A stretch of DNA of 64,000 bases. Origin: a virus. Location: positions 1-64,000 of the IMG/VR virus record IMGVR_UViG_3300036861_001052; one strand, 5' to 3'. The position numbers and the translations under genes are program-made. Of this stretch, positions 1 to 8,121 are shown in pieces (within the stretch, counting starts at the first letter, position 1; the number at the start of each line of letters is the position of its first letter). The notes beneath the pieces are model-generated. The model had not been told where the DNA came from, searched no databases, and saw nothing but the letters and a program-made list of their open reading frames with translations.

Positions 1-270
1 GGCGGTGCGCCGACGGTCGACGCGGGCGCGACGGGCGGGACTCTGGGCTCCGGCGGAAGCGGCGGAACCGGTGGCGTCACGCCGACGGGCGGGACGGGCG
101 GAGAAGATCCGTGCTTGTTTGGACTCTGCTGCCAGGGCACGCCGTGCGACGCTCCGTGCGGCGCGGCGTCGGGCGGCCCTTGCTGTAAGCCTGCTCCGCT
201 CACGGGGTGCGGCTGCCTCGAGAAGCCCTCCGGGTGCTCCGGGATCTGCGGCGCGTTCGTGTGCAAGTGA
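1..270 (+). CDS. 3' part of Gly-rich linker / Cys-rich (lipo)protein, myxobacterial type (partial)
   Basis: Frame 1 reads GGAPTVDAGATGGTLGSGGSGGTGG...PCLFGLCCQGTPCDAPCG...CGAFVCK, ending at TGA 268-270; not in the ORF track. Confidence 0.7.
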   Translation, partial: GGAPTVDAGATGGTLGSGGSGGTGGVTPTGGTGGEDPCLFGLCCQGTPCDAPCGAASGGPCCKPAPLTGCGCLEKPSGCSGICGAFVCK

Positions 271-282
271 AAGGAGTCGGGC

Positions 283-651
283 GTGAAAGAGAGCGAAATG
301 TCCGCCATCAGCAGACTGAGCAAGGTGCAGAGCGTTCTCATGCACCACAGCTCGGGACTCTTCACCGAACTGAACGCGATGAAGAATCCCGTCGGGCCGC
401 CCATGCTCGTCGTCGACCGCGCGCGCTCGCTCTGCGGGCTTCTCCTCGACGCGCTCCAAACTGAGTCCCCGCGGATCCCAATGATCCTCTTCTGTCCTAG
501 CTGCGGCAAGCGCCACATCGACGAGGGCATCTGGGAGAACAAGCAGCACCACACGCACTCGTGTCAGGAGTGCGGCTTCACGTGGAGGCCCGCCGTCGTG
601 AACACGGTCGGCGTCCGGTTCCTGCCGGGTTTCAAGAACGAGGAGCCATGA
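283..651 (+). CDS. hypothetical phage protein with Zn-ribbon
   Basis: RBS AAGGAG upstream; CPSCGKRH...HSCQECG. Confidence 0.7.
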   Translation: MKESEMSAISRLSKVQSVLMHHSSGLFTELNAMKNPVGPPMLVVDRARSLCGLLLDALQTESPRIPMILFCPSCGKRHIDEGIWENKQHHTHSCQECGFTWRPAVVNTVGVRFLPGFKNEEP

Positions 652-992
652 GCGACCCCAAGACCCCCAACGAGAAGCTGCGACTGTTCGCCGAGATTCT
701 CACTGAGCTCGCTTACGATCAGGACCCGCCGAGCGGCTACTTCGAGCACAGTCTCGAAGCGGCGCTCGACGAGCACAACATGAGCCGTGACGACCTCGAC
801 GCACTCTCGAAGGAGCTCGGTTTCGAGTGGCGCTGCCAGGACGAGCCGGATGATCCGAAAACGCTTTGCAAGGCCTGCGGCGGCGGCCTAGCCGGGAGTC
901 GGACCCGGAACCTTTGCTGCTGTGCGGAAGGCGCAAAAGTCGCTCGTGGAGCCGAGCTCCGTTACAAAGACTCGATACGTGCCTGGCCATGA
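648..992 (+). CDS. hypothetical protein
   Basis: ATGA overlap with the previous gene and GAGGAG RBS; starts MSDPKTPNEK. Confidence 0.65.
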   Translation: MSDPKTPNEKLRLFAEILTELAYDQDPPSGYFEHSLEAALDEHNMSRDDLDALSKELGFEWRCQDEPDDPKTLCKACGGGLAGSRTRNLCCCAEGAKVARGAELRYKDSIRAWP

Positions 993-1324
993 GTGACCCG
1001 AGCAATGTCCGGCAGCTGGGCAAACATCCCCGTTGGGAGCGCGGTGGCGGTCGCGAGGAAACCGAACCCTTATTCCGCACCTTTCAGGTCGGCAAACCCG
1101 TCAGCGTCGACTGCAGAGAGGCCTTGCGGGCCTACGTGCTCGGCCAGCGACGTGGTCCCGTGACCGTACAGTGGCTAGTTCGCGGTCACTGGCGCAACCA
1201 GCCGTGCGGGCCTGGACTTACAGATCGCAAAGGCATTTGGATAATGCCGCATTGGAAAGGCCCCGCTGACGCACCGATCAACCTGCGACCGCATCTAGTC
1301 GGCAAGGACGACACAGGCGCTTAG
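989..1324 (+). CDS. conserved phage hypothetical protein (VRGHWRNQ motif)
   Basis: ATGA overlap; VRGHWRNQPCGP...WIMPHWKGP, a motif recurrent in phage proteins. Confidence 0.7.
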   Translation: MSDPSNVRQLGKHPRWERGGGREETEPLFRTFQVGKPVSVDCREALRAYVLGQRRGPVTVQWLVRGHWRNQPCGPGLTDRKGIWIMPHWKGPADAPINLRPHLVGKDDTGA

Positions 1325-1330
1325 GCTCCC

Positions 1331-1549
1331 ATGCGTCCCCTGTCCACCGCAGAGCTCTGTGCGCTCGTACCGCCAGTGAAGACGATCTCTCCTGAGCTCT
1401 CCCGCGAGCTCGAGGCACGCGGCCTCATCGAGCTCTACCGCGACAGCGACCGTCCCATGTTCCGCCTGACCGCTCTCGGCGAGCTCGCCCTCCGCGTGCA
1501 CGCTGCCTTCCTCTCTTCCGTCTACTCCGAAGGAGTACGCATCACATGA
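1331..1549 (+). CDS. small winged-helix-like protein
   Basis: LEARGLIE...FRLTALG pattern. Confidence 0.55.
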   Translation: MRPLSTAELCALVPPVKTISPELSRELEARGLIELYRDSDRPMFRLTALGELALRVHAAFLSSVYSEGVRIT

Positions 1550-1671
1550 AATCGAAAAAGAAGAAGTCCGTCCGAACCACAAAGACGAACATCCGCACCA
1601 TTCGGGTCCGCCTGATCGGCACAGCCCCCCTACTCCAGGGGAAGTACTGGGCCAACGTCGTACTCTCGTAA
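1546..1671 (+). CDS. 41-aa peptide resembling the N-terminal strand of the downstream Cas7-like protein
   Basis: AAGGAG RBS and ATGA overlap; IRTIRVRLIGTAPLLQGK versus LRVVQFKCVGTAPYVQNK in 1820-2557. Confidence 0.55.
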   Translation: MKSKKKKSVRTTKTNIRTIRVRLIGTAPLLQGKYWANVVLS

Positions 1672-1682
1672 AGAAACGCTTC

Positions 1683-1787
1683 TGCCCGCGAGGGGCGGAG
1701 TGAGCGGTCTGGGGACTTCAGGCCCCGTCTTTTCCGGTCTGACGGTCCCGATTAGACCAGGTCGTCTCACTCCGCCCCTCCTGGGCA
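1683..1787 (+). promoter_or_regulatory. structured leader (multi-branched stem-loop) upstream of the Cas7-like gene
   Basis: Perfect 15-bp inverted repeat 1690-1704/1766-1780, outer TGCCC/GGGCA pairing, inner GGTCT/AGACC and two small hairpins. Confidence 0.6.
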
Positions 1788-1819
1788 CAAACAAACCAGG
1801 AGAAACGAAACGCAAATCA

Positions 1820-2557
1820 ATGAAACGAGCAGCAACCCGAGCGACCGAAACGGATCTCGGCCACGCGGAGGACGGAACGCCGGTCGTCGGCCTCAATGTC
1901 CCGCCGGCAGATCTCCGAGTCGTTCAGTTCAAGTGCGTGGGCACCGCTCCCTACGTGCAAAACAAATTCAGCGGAGAGCAGAAGAGCGGCATCCGCAAAA
2001 CCCAGGAGGCTGGTAGCCAGGCCAAGAGCAAGCGCAAGCGCGATCCCAAGGACTTCAACCGCCTCTACGAGAACGCAAAACACGTGAGCGAGGAAGGCTG
2101 GATCGGCATCCCAGCGTCGTCGTTCCGGTCGGCGATGATCTCGGCCTGCCGCCTGGTCGGATTCAAAATGACAATCGCAAAAATGACCGTTTTCATCGTC
2201 GCCGACGGTCTCGACGCGGAAGAAGGCACGCCGCTCGTCCGGATCTTCGGAGAGCCGGAACAGCACGAGGCCGCTGCACGGAACGCGACCGGTGTCGTCG
2301 ACATCCGGGTCCGTCCCATGTGGCGGAGGTGGCACTGCACCCTCAACGTGCGCTTCGATGCTGGCCAATTCAGCGCGCAAGACGTGTTGAATCTACTCGA
2401 GCGCGCTGGGGCTCAGGTCGGCATCGGAGAAGGCCGGCCGGATTCGAAAAATAGTACCGGAATGGGTTGGGGCACCTTCGAAGTGGAAGGCCTCAGCGCA
2501 GGCGACCTTCCTTCCGGTGTCACTCCGCTCCGAGGCAAGAAAGGACGCGCTCAGTAA
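1820..2557 (+). CDS. stand-alone Cas7/RAMP-like RNA-binding protein (VIPR-like effector)
   Basis: AGGAG RBS; RAMP hallmarks: N-terminal strand followed by GTAP, GIPASSFRSAM (cf. IPGSSxKGxxR), C-terminal Gly-rich loop AGAQVGIGEGRPDSKNSTGMGWGTFEV; no other cas genes in the window. Confidence 0.8.
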   Translation: MKRAATRATETDLGHAEDGTPVVGLNVPPADLRVVQFKCVGTAPYVQNKFSGEQKSGIRKTQEAGSQAKSKRKRDPKDFNRLYENAKHVSEEGWIGIPASSFRSAMISACRLVGFKMTIAKMTVFIVADGLDAEEGTPLVRIFGEPEQHEAAARNATGVVDIRVRPMWRRWHCTLNVRFDAGQFSAQDVLNLLERAGAQVGIGEGRPDSKNSTGMGWGTFEVEGLSAGDLPSGVTPLRGKKGRAQ

Positions 2558-2567
2558 ACGACAACTT

Positions 2568-4111
2568 CGCTGGCCAGGCCCGGCACGGCCCGGCATGTCG
2601 AGGCTTGGCTTGGCGAGGATCGGTACGGCTGGCAGCGCTCCGCTGCGCGCGGCATGGCATGGCCCGGCAGGACACGGCATCGCAGGCTCGGCCGCGCTAG
2701 GCTGCGCGCGGTACGGCACGGACCGGATCGGCATCGCTGGCACCGCTGGGCATGGCTCGGCATGACTCGTCGGGGCTCGGCGGGCACCGCAAGGCGTGGT
2801 ACCGCTAAGGCACGGCTGGGCAACGCACCGCTGGCAGCGCGTGGCTAGGTCGCGCTGGGCGAGGCCTCACACGGCAGGCACGGCTAGCATTGGCACCGCT
2901 GCGCGAGGCCGGGCAACGCACGGCAGGCATCGCGCGGCACCGCATCGCTGGGCTCGGCACGTCGTCGCAGCGCAGGCAAGGCGCGGCACCGCACCGCTGG
3001 GCTCGGCACGTCGTCGCAGCGCAGGCAAGGCGTGGCGCCGCGTCGTACCGCTCGGCTCGGCTCGGCAGCGCAGGCATCGCAGCGCAAGGTGGCGCCAGGC
3101 ACGGCTGGACTCGGTAGGGCGCGGCGGCGCGGGCAACGCGTCGTATCGTAAGGCCGGGCTCGGCACGGCCCCGCTGGCAAGGCGTCGCGTGGCTCGGCGA
3201 GGTTTGGTCCGGCACGGCCCCGCTGGCAGCGCTGCGCTCGGCACGGCGTCGCACGGCGTGGCTCGGCTGGCGCGGCAACGCATGGCGCGGCGCTGCATGG
3301 CCGGACCCGGCGTGGATTGGCACGGCAGGCTAGGCATGGCACGGTCAGGCTCGGTGGCGCTGGGCTCGGCCGGCACGGCGTCGCTAGGCTGGGCAGCGCT
3401 GGGCGCGGCTGGCTCGGCAGCGCGTGGTGTCGCTCGGCTCGGTGGGGCACGGCACGGCTGGCAAGGCAACGCTGCGCGACGTCAGGCTTCTCGCGGTCGC
3501 GCTGGGCTGGGCATCGCACGGCGGGCACGACGTGGCTAGACCGGGCAGCGCCCGGCTTCGCATTCTCACGGCGGGCTTGGCAACGCTGGGCGAGGTCACG
3601 CGCGTCGCGGCAAGGTCTCGCTGGCAATGCAAGGTGTCGGAGGCACGGCGCGGCAACGCCGGATAGGTGACGCACCGCAGGCATCGCATGGCATGGCTCG
3701 GCCAGGTTCGGCAAGGCTGGGCATCGCAGGCAAGGTGGCGCTAGGTCAGGCCGGGAGCGGCGTCGCTGGCGACGCAGCGCATGGCGCGGCACGGAAAGGA
3801 GTCGCAACGAACGGCGGGCAGCGCAAGGTTAGGCGTGGCTTGGTCCGGACGGGGCACGGCATCGCGGGCGTGGCAGGGCAAGGACTGGAGCGGCAAGGCT
3901 CGGTCCGGCTGGCGACGCAAGGCGCGGCACGACTGCGCGGCGCTCGGCTGGGCATGGACTCGCACGGCGGGAACGGCAACGCGGCGCTCGGCAAGGCCAG
4001 GCACGGCACCGCTGGCGTGGTACGGCTGCGCATCGCACGGCAAGGTTCGGTGGGGCAGAGCACGGCTGGCATCGCTAGGCAACGCCGGGCAACGCCCGGC
4101 CGCGCCGGCAC
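2568..4111 (+). ncRNA. pentameric (G/C)G(C/T)NN array, about 31 units separated by 4-nt junctions; candidate guide-RNA array
   Basis: Manual parse gives runs of 7-12 pentamers (mostly GGCNN, also CGCNN, GGTNN, GGANN) interrupted by CGCT/CGCA/CGCG/GGCT/GGCA/GGCG/GGCC tetramers; begins 10 nt after the Cas7-like stop codon. Confidence 0.85.
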
Positions 4112-4116
4112 CCCCA

Positions 4117-4149
4117 CGGGGCGGCTGAATCCCGCGTTCAGCCGCCCCG
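4117..4149 (+). terminator. 13-bp GC-rich hairpin closing the array (terminator or RNA 3' stabiliser)
   Basis: CGGGGCGGCTGAA-tcccgcg-TTCAGCCGCCCCG followed by CTCATTTT. Confidence 0.7.
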
Positions 4150-4173
4150 CTCATTTTCGAAAGGATTTTTCAC

Positions 4174-4425
4174 ATGACCGACGAACAAGCCACGAAGTTC
4201 ATTGAAAAGAGCCGGCAGAAGATCCGAGCGCTCATCGCCGGACTCGAGATCATTCAGGACCGGACGACCGGCGCGAGCTTCTACAACTCGAGCGGTGACA
4301 GCATCACGTTCACGATCGCGACGCCGCTCACCGACTCCGAGGCACAGGCGCTCCAGGCGCTCGACTTCGAATACCGCTGGTACCCCGAGCACGGCCACGG
4401 CTGCGCCCACTTCCGCGAATGGTGA
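4174..4425 (+). CDS. hypothetical protein
   Basis: AAAGGA RBS; protein-like composition. Confidence 0.7.
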   Translation: MTDEQATKFIEKSRQKIRALIAGLEIIQDRTTGASFYNSSGDSITFTIATPLTDSEAQALQALDFEYRWYPEHGHGCAHFREW

Positions 4426-4440
4426 CCGAAAGACAAGCAC

Positions 4441-5010
4441 ATGAACGACATCGAACTCATCCGCAAAAACGATCTCCTGCAGCGAGAGCTCACAAAGCTC
4501 GTCCGCCTCGACGGCTCTCTCCGTCCCGAGGACATCCTCGACGCCGCGAAGTCCGCGGCGCATCCCCTGCACAGCTGCTTCGTGTGGGACGACACCGAGG
4601 CCGCGGCGCGCTACCGCCTGCTCCAGGCCAAGGCGCTCGTCCGCTACGTCCGGATCATCATCCCGACTCCGGAGCACCGGACCATCATCGTCCGCATGTT
4701 CGCGTCGCTTCCGAGCGATCGGTTCTCGGGGGCGGGCTACCGTACGCTGAGCTCCGTGCTCTCGGACGAAGAGAAGAAGCGCGAGCTCGTCATCTCCGCT
4801 CTCCGCGAGCTCGAGGCCTTCCAGCGCCGCTACGCGAATCTCCAGGAGCTCGCCGGCGTCATGGGGGAGATCACCCGCCTCACCCGCAATCTCGAGAAGG
4901 CCGCCCGGACGAAGAAGCCGCGGAAGCGCCGCCCGAAGCGTAAGGGCCTGAAGCCGCCGCCGAAGATCCGGAAACCGAAGGGGCCGGGGCGCGGGGCGCC
5001 CAAGCATTGA
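4441..5010 (+). CDS. conserved phage protein (PLHxxFxWDD...AAxxYRLxQA) with Lys/Arg-rich tail; candidate accessory of the Cas7-like system
   Basis: LRPEDILDAAKSAAHPLHSCFVWDDTEAAARYRLLQAK; basic C-terminus. Confidence 0.7.
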   Translation: MNDIELIRKNDLLQRELTKLVRLDGSLRPEDILDAAKSAAHPLHSCFVWDDTEAAARYRLLQAKALVRYVRIIIPTPEHRTIIVRMFASLPSDRFSGAGYRTLSSVLSDEEKKRELVISALRELEAFQRRYANLQELAGVMGEITRLTRNLEKAARTKKPRKRRPKRKGLKPPPKIRKPKGPGRGAPKH

Positions 5011-5017
5011 GGCGCGC

Positions 5018-5959
5018 ATGCACATTTTGGCGTATCAGATCGGAGTCCTCTACCCGGGATTCGAGGACGCGCCGCGGGCAGAGCTCGCTCGCGTCTTCGG
5101 AGAGTTCGGGTTCGAGAGGGCTGCCCATACGGCGACCGACATCGATCGGCACCGCGCCCTCTCCGTCGTGATCCGGAAAGTCGGCTCACACAGAAAGGAC
5201 GGTCTCCGCGCTTCCGTCGTGAGGCCCCCGCTCCACTTTCAGATCGAAGAGGCCGACCCAGACGGGGCAAGCCCCTACGTCATCGGCGCTCGGATCTTCT
5301 CCGAGCCCCGCGGCATCGTGATCGAGGCGCCCGCCTATGGCCCCTTCAAGAAGTCCCGGGCCCTCGCCGAACGTATCCAGCGCCGGGCTAACCGCCTGGT
5401 CACGCACGCCGACACGCGCGCGGTCTCCCGCGCCGTCAAGGCCATGGTGGAGGAGGCGCGGGCGTTTAGGTTCATTGCGAGGGGCTCTTACATGCTGCGG
5501 GCCGCTGACCCGGTCTCCGGGCGCCTCGTTCAATGCCTCCGGGCGCTTCGGCGAGAGTTCTACGACGAGGAGCGCCGCACGGGCCTCCGAGCGTCCGTCG
5601 TCGAGATCTTGGACAAGCCCGATAACCGACACGCCGTCGCCGACGCCGTGACAGACGACGCCGAGCGGCAGATCGCCCTCCTCGTCGAGCAGCTCGAGGA
5701 AGATTCACACTCGGAAAGCCTCCGGCCGGAAACGCTCGAGAAGAGGCGGCGCACCCTCCGCGCCTTCCACGAAAGTCTCGTTTCCGTCCAAGACCTCATG
5801 GGCCCCTGGTTTCTGCCGACCGCGGCTCGCGCGAAGGCCATCCTCGGCGCCTACGACTCGGCTGGCTCCGGCCTCGAGCTCTCGGTACCCTTGTCGCTCG
5901 AGCCCGTGCAAAAGACCACCAAACATCCACCACTCGCTTTACCAAGGGGCCTCATATGA
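5018..5959 (+). CDS. hypothetical protein, helical C-terminus
   Basis: GAGG RBS; 313-aa ORF coupled to the next gene. Confidence 0.65.
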   Translation: MHILAYQIGVLYPGFEDAPRAELARVFGEFGFERAAHTATDIDRHRALSVVIRKVGSHRKDGLRASVVRPPLHFQIEEADPDGASPYVIGARIFSEPRGIVIEAPAYGPFKKSRALAERIQRRANRLVTHADTRAVSRAVKAMVEEARAFRFIARGSYMLRAADPVSGRLVQCLRALRREFYDEERRTGLRASVVEILDKPDNRHAVADAVTDDAERQIALLVEQLEEDSHSESLRPETLEKRRRTLRAFHESLVSVQDLMGPWFLPTAARAKAILGAYDSAGSGLELSVPLSLEPVQKTTKHPPLALPRGLI

Positions 5960-6174
5960 CCGACGACGCCGAGCTCAAGGCTCATGCGCTCAGCACCGAA
6001 GCTCGCCGCTGTGCCGAGAAGATCGCGGCAGAGTCGCCCCCCACGCGGATCATCGTCGTGGCCTTCCAGGACGGCGACGACTTTGGCGCCTCGGTCGTCC
6101 GGCAGAGCGGACAAGAGATCGTGCATATCGTGCGGGCCCTACGGGCCATCGCCTCCCAACTCGAGCAGAACTAG
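5956..6174 (+). CDS. hypothetical protein
   Basis: ATGA coupling. Confidence 0.6.
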   Translation: MTDDAELKAHALSTEARRCAEKIAAESPPTRIIVVAFQDGDDFGASVVRQSGQEIVHIVRALRAIASQLEQN

Positions 6175-6590
6175 TGCAACGCTTCATCGTCGTGAACATC
6201 ACGAAGCGGCAGTTTCTCGACCCGGCGGCGTTCGGGGAGGGGCGAGGACTCCTCGACTTCGGGGCGAGCGGATCCGGCACCATGCTCGGGCTCGCCGTCC
6301 TTCTCGCCTCGGGCTGTAACCAGGGCCTCCGGGAGCTCCAGGTCGACCATCCTCTCATCGGATCCTGGAACGGCGACCGAATCGCCATCTCAGGCGATCT
6401 CGACACGCAGATCTTCACCGAGCTCCAGGGCTCGGAATTCCGACTGCTTCCGATCGCTCCATCGCTCTTCGAGGTGGCCCTGCGGCTCTACGACGACATC
6501 TCGGCGCAAGTCCTCGAGCTCATAGCCATCGAGCCCTACGAAAAACGCGCGCTCGAGAACAAGGGAGCGCTACCTAAAAAAGGAGACTGA
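6174..6590 (+). CDS. conserved phage hypothetical protein
   Basis: VNITKRQFLDP..FG and IGSWNGDRIAISGD, motifs recurrent in phage proteins. Confidence 0.7.
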   Translation: MQRFIVVNITKRQFLDPAAFGEGRGLLDFGASGSGTMLGLAVLLASGCNQGLRELQVDHPLIGSWNGDRIAISGDLDTQIFTELQGSEFRLLPIAPSLFEVALRLYDDISAQVLELIAIEPYEKRALENKGALPKKGD

Positions 6591-6592
6591 CC

Positions 6593-6805
6593 ATGGCCGA
6601 AACCATTTGGGACAAAGACGCGCGCGCCGCAGCGGCCGCCATTCTCACGAACCAGCGTAGCCCCAAGAACGAAGTGCCCGATGCCAAAAGCGTCGCGAGC
6701 TACGCAGCCGTCATCGCCGACGCCCTCGGTGCCGAGCGGCTCCGTCGCTACGAGGAGCGCATCGCCGCACTCGACAAGAAGCCCTCCGGAAAGCCCGGCC
6801 CATGA
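6593..6805 (+). CDS. hypothetical protein
   Basis: AAGGAG RBS; coupled to the next gene. Confidence 0.65.
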   Translation: MAETIWDKDARAAAAAILTNQRSPKNEVPDAKSVASYAAVIADALGAERLRRYEERIAALDKKPSGKPGP

Positions 6806-7569
6806 GAACCATCGCCTACCTCGGCGACTACACGGCGCTCACGACGACGAAGTACGGGGACAAGATCTACGTCGACACGCGCGACACGTCGCTTGCGCCG
6901 CATCTCCTCGTCGAGGGCGACTGGGAGCCATGGGTCACCAATGCCATGCGCTCCGTGCTCTCGAGGATCGGGCCTGGCTTTACGTTCATCGACGTCGGCG
7001 CGAACTTCGGCTGGTACACGCTCCTAGCGCACCGGATGGACGCGCACTCCGTCGTCGCCATCGAGCCCAACCCCCGCCTCTTCGAGCTTCTTCGAAAGAC
7101 CGTCGCCGTGAACGGACGCATCGGAAAGACTGGTCTTATGGAGTTGGCAGCGACAGCCACTGTCCAACGGCTCTTTCTCGAGTTTACGTGGGACGAGCTC
7201 GGCGGCGGGCGGCTCGTGGAAGATGCCACGCGGAGCCACTCGCGAGTGGTCCCCGTCAGCGGAGTTCCGCTCGACACCGTCATCCCCTACGCCTCCACCC
7301 TTCCGCCCCGCGTCGTCATCAAAATCGACGTCGAGGGTGGCGAGGTCGACGTGCTCAGGGGAGCTAGCAAGATCCTAGATCTCGGCCCCATTCTTTTCGT
7401 GGAGCACCACCAGGAAAACACCGCCGCGCTCTGGGAGCTTCTCGGTTCGCGGTACACGATTCATCTCGCCAAGCACGACGGGCACCGGGGGGCCGCGCTC
7501 TCGCTCTCCGAGGCCCTGGACATCCCGAACGCCGAGACCCTCATCTGCCTCCCCGTCACCCTCCCATGA
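6802..7569 (+). CDS. FkbM-family SAM-dependent methyltransferase
   Basis: FIDVGANFGWYT, AIEPNP, IKIDVEGGE motifs. Confidence 0.9.
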   Translation: MRTIAYLGDYTALTTTKYGDKIYVDTRDTSLAPHLLVEGDWEPWVTNAMRSVLSRIGPGFTFIDVGANFGWYTLLAHRMDAHSVVAIEPNPRLFELLRKTVAVNGRIGKTGLMELAATATVQRLFLEFTWDELGGGRLVEDATRSHSRVVPVSGVPLDTVIPYASTLPPRVVIKIDVEGGEVDVLRGASKILDLGPILFVEHHQENTAALWELLGSRYTIHLAKHDGHRGAALSLSEALDIPNAETLICLPVTLP

Positions 7570-7883
7570 CCAAGAACGAACAGGGCGAGCTTATCGCGAC
7601 GCTAAAAGCCCACATCGAAGAGCTCGAGACCCAGCTCCGGGAAGCGAGCCAAGAGCTCGCCTTCGAGGAGAAGATCACCGCCGACCTGCACGAAAAGGTC
7701 GCGCGACTGGAGAAGCACCGGGGCATCGACCCACAGAGGATTGCCGCTGCCGTGCACGAGCTCCTCTACGACGAGGGCATGGCGCCGGGGGACCTGCCGT
7801 GGAAAGTCGCGCCGGCCCTCTGGCGGCAGAAGCTTCTCGGGGTCCTGTCGCGTTTCGAGTTTCCGGACCCGCACTGGGGCTAG
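7566..7883 (+). CDS. coiled-coil hypothetical protein
   Basis: ATGA coupling; heptad pattern. Confidence 0.65.
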   Translation: MTKNEQGELIATLKAHIEELETQLREASQELAFEEKITADLHEKVARLEKHRGIDPQRIAAAVHELLYDEGMAPGDLPWKVAPALWRQKLLGVLSRFEFPDPHWG

Positions 7884-7939
7884 CCCGGCGACAAAAGCCC
7901 CTTGGCGAGCCCCCCGGGGACCTGGGAGACTAAAGAGCC

Positions 7940-8119
7940 GTGGCGATCGACAAGAACGCCGCCGAAGTCGTGAGTGAGCTCCGGACCATCCTACGATCGG
8001 ATCCGGAGCGCTTCGACAAGCTCTGCCAGGACATCATCGTCTCGGCCACGGACGAAGTGACGAAAGAGTTCTGGGAGGACGTCCGGAGATTTGCGCGAGC
8101 CGAAAAGGAAGATGTCTGA
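7940..8119 (+). CDS. 59-aa hypothetical protein
   Basis: GGAGA RBS, GTG start, MAIDKNAAEVVSELR...; below the ORF-track cut-off. Confidence 0.55.
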   Translation: MAIDKNAAEVVSELRTILRSDPERFDKLCQDIIVSATDEVTKEFWEDVRRFARAEKEDV

Positions 8120-8121
8120 GA

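Noticed and set aside
2568-4111. Classical CRISPR array or simple microsatellite
   Set aside because: No 23-47 nt identical repeats alternating with unique spacers; variation is concentrated in two of every five positions with regular tetramer punctuation, unlike random satellite decay
2393-4205. Many overlapping 100-300 aa Arg/Gly/Ala-rich ORFs on both strands
   Set aside because: By-products of a GC-rich 5-nt repeat with few stop codons; a period of 5 with 4-nt slips is incompatible with codon structure, and no RBS is evident
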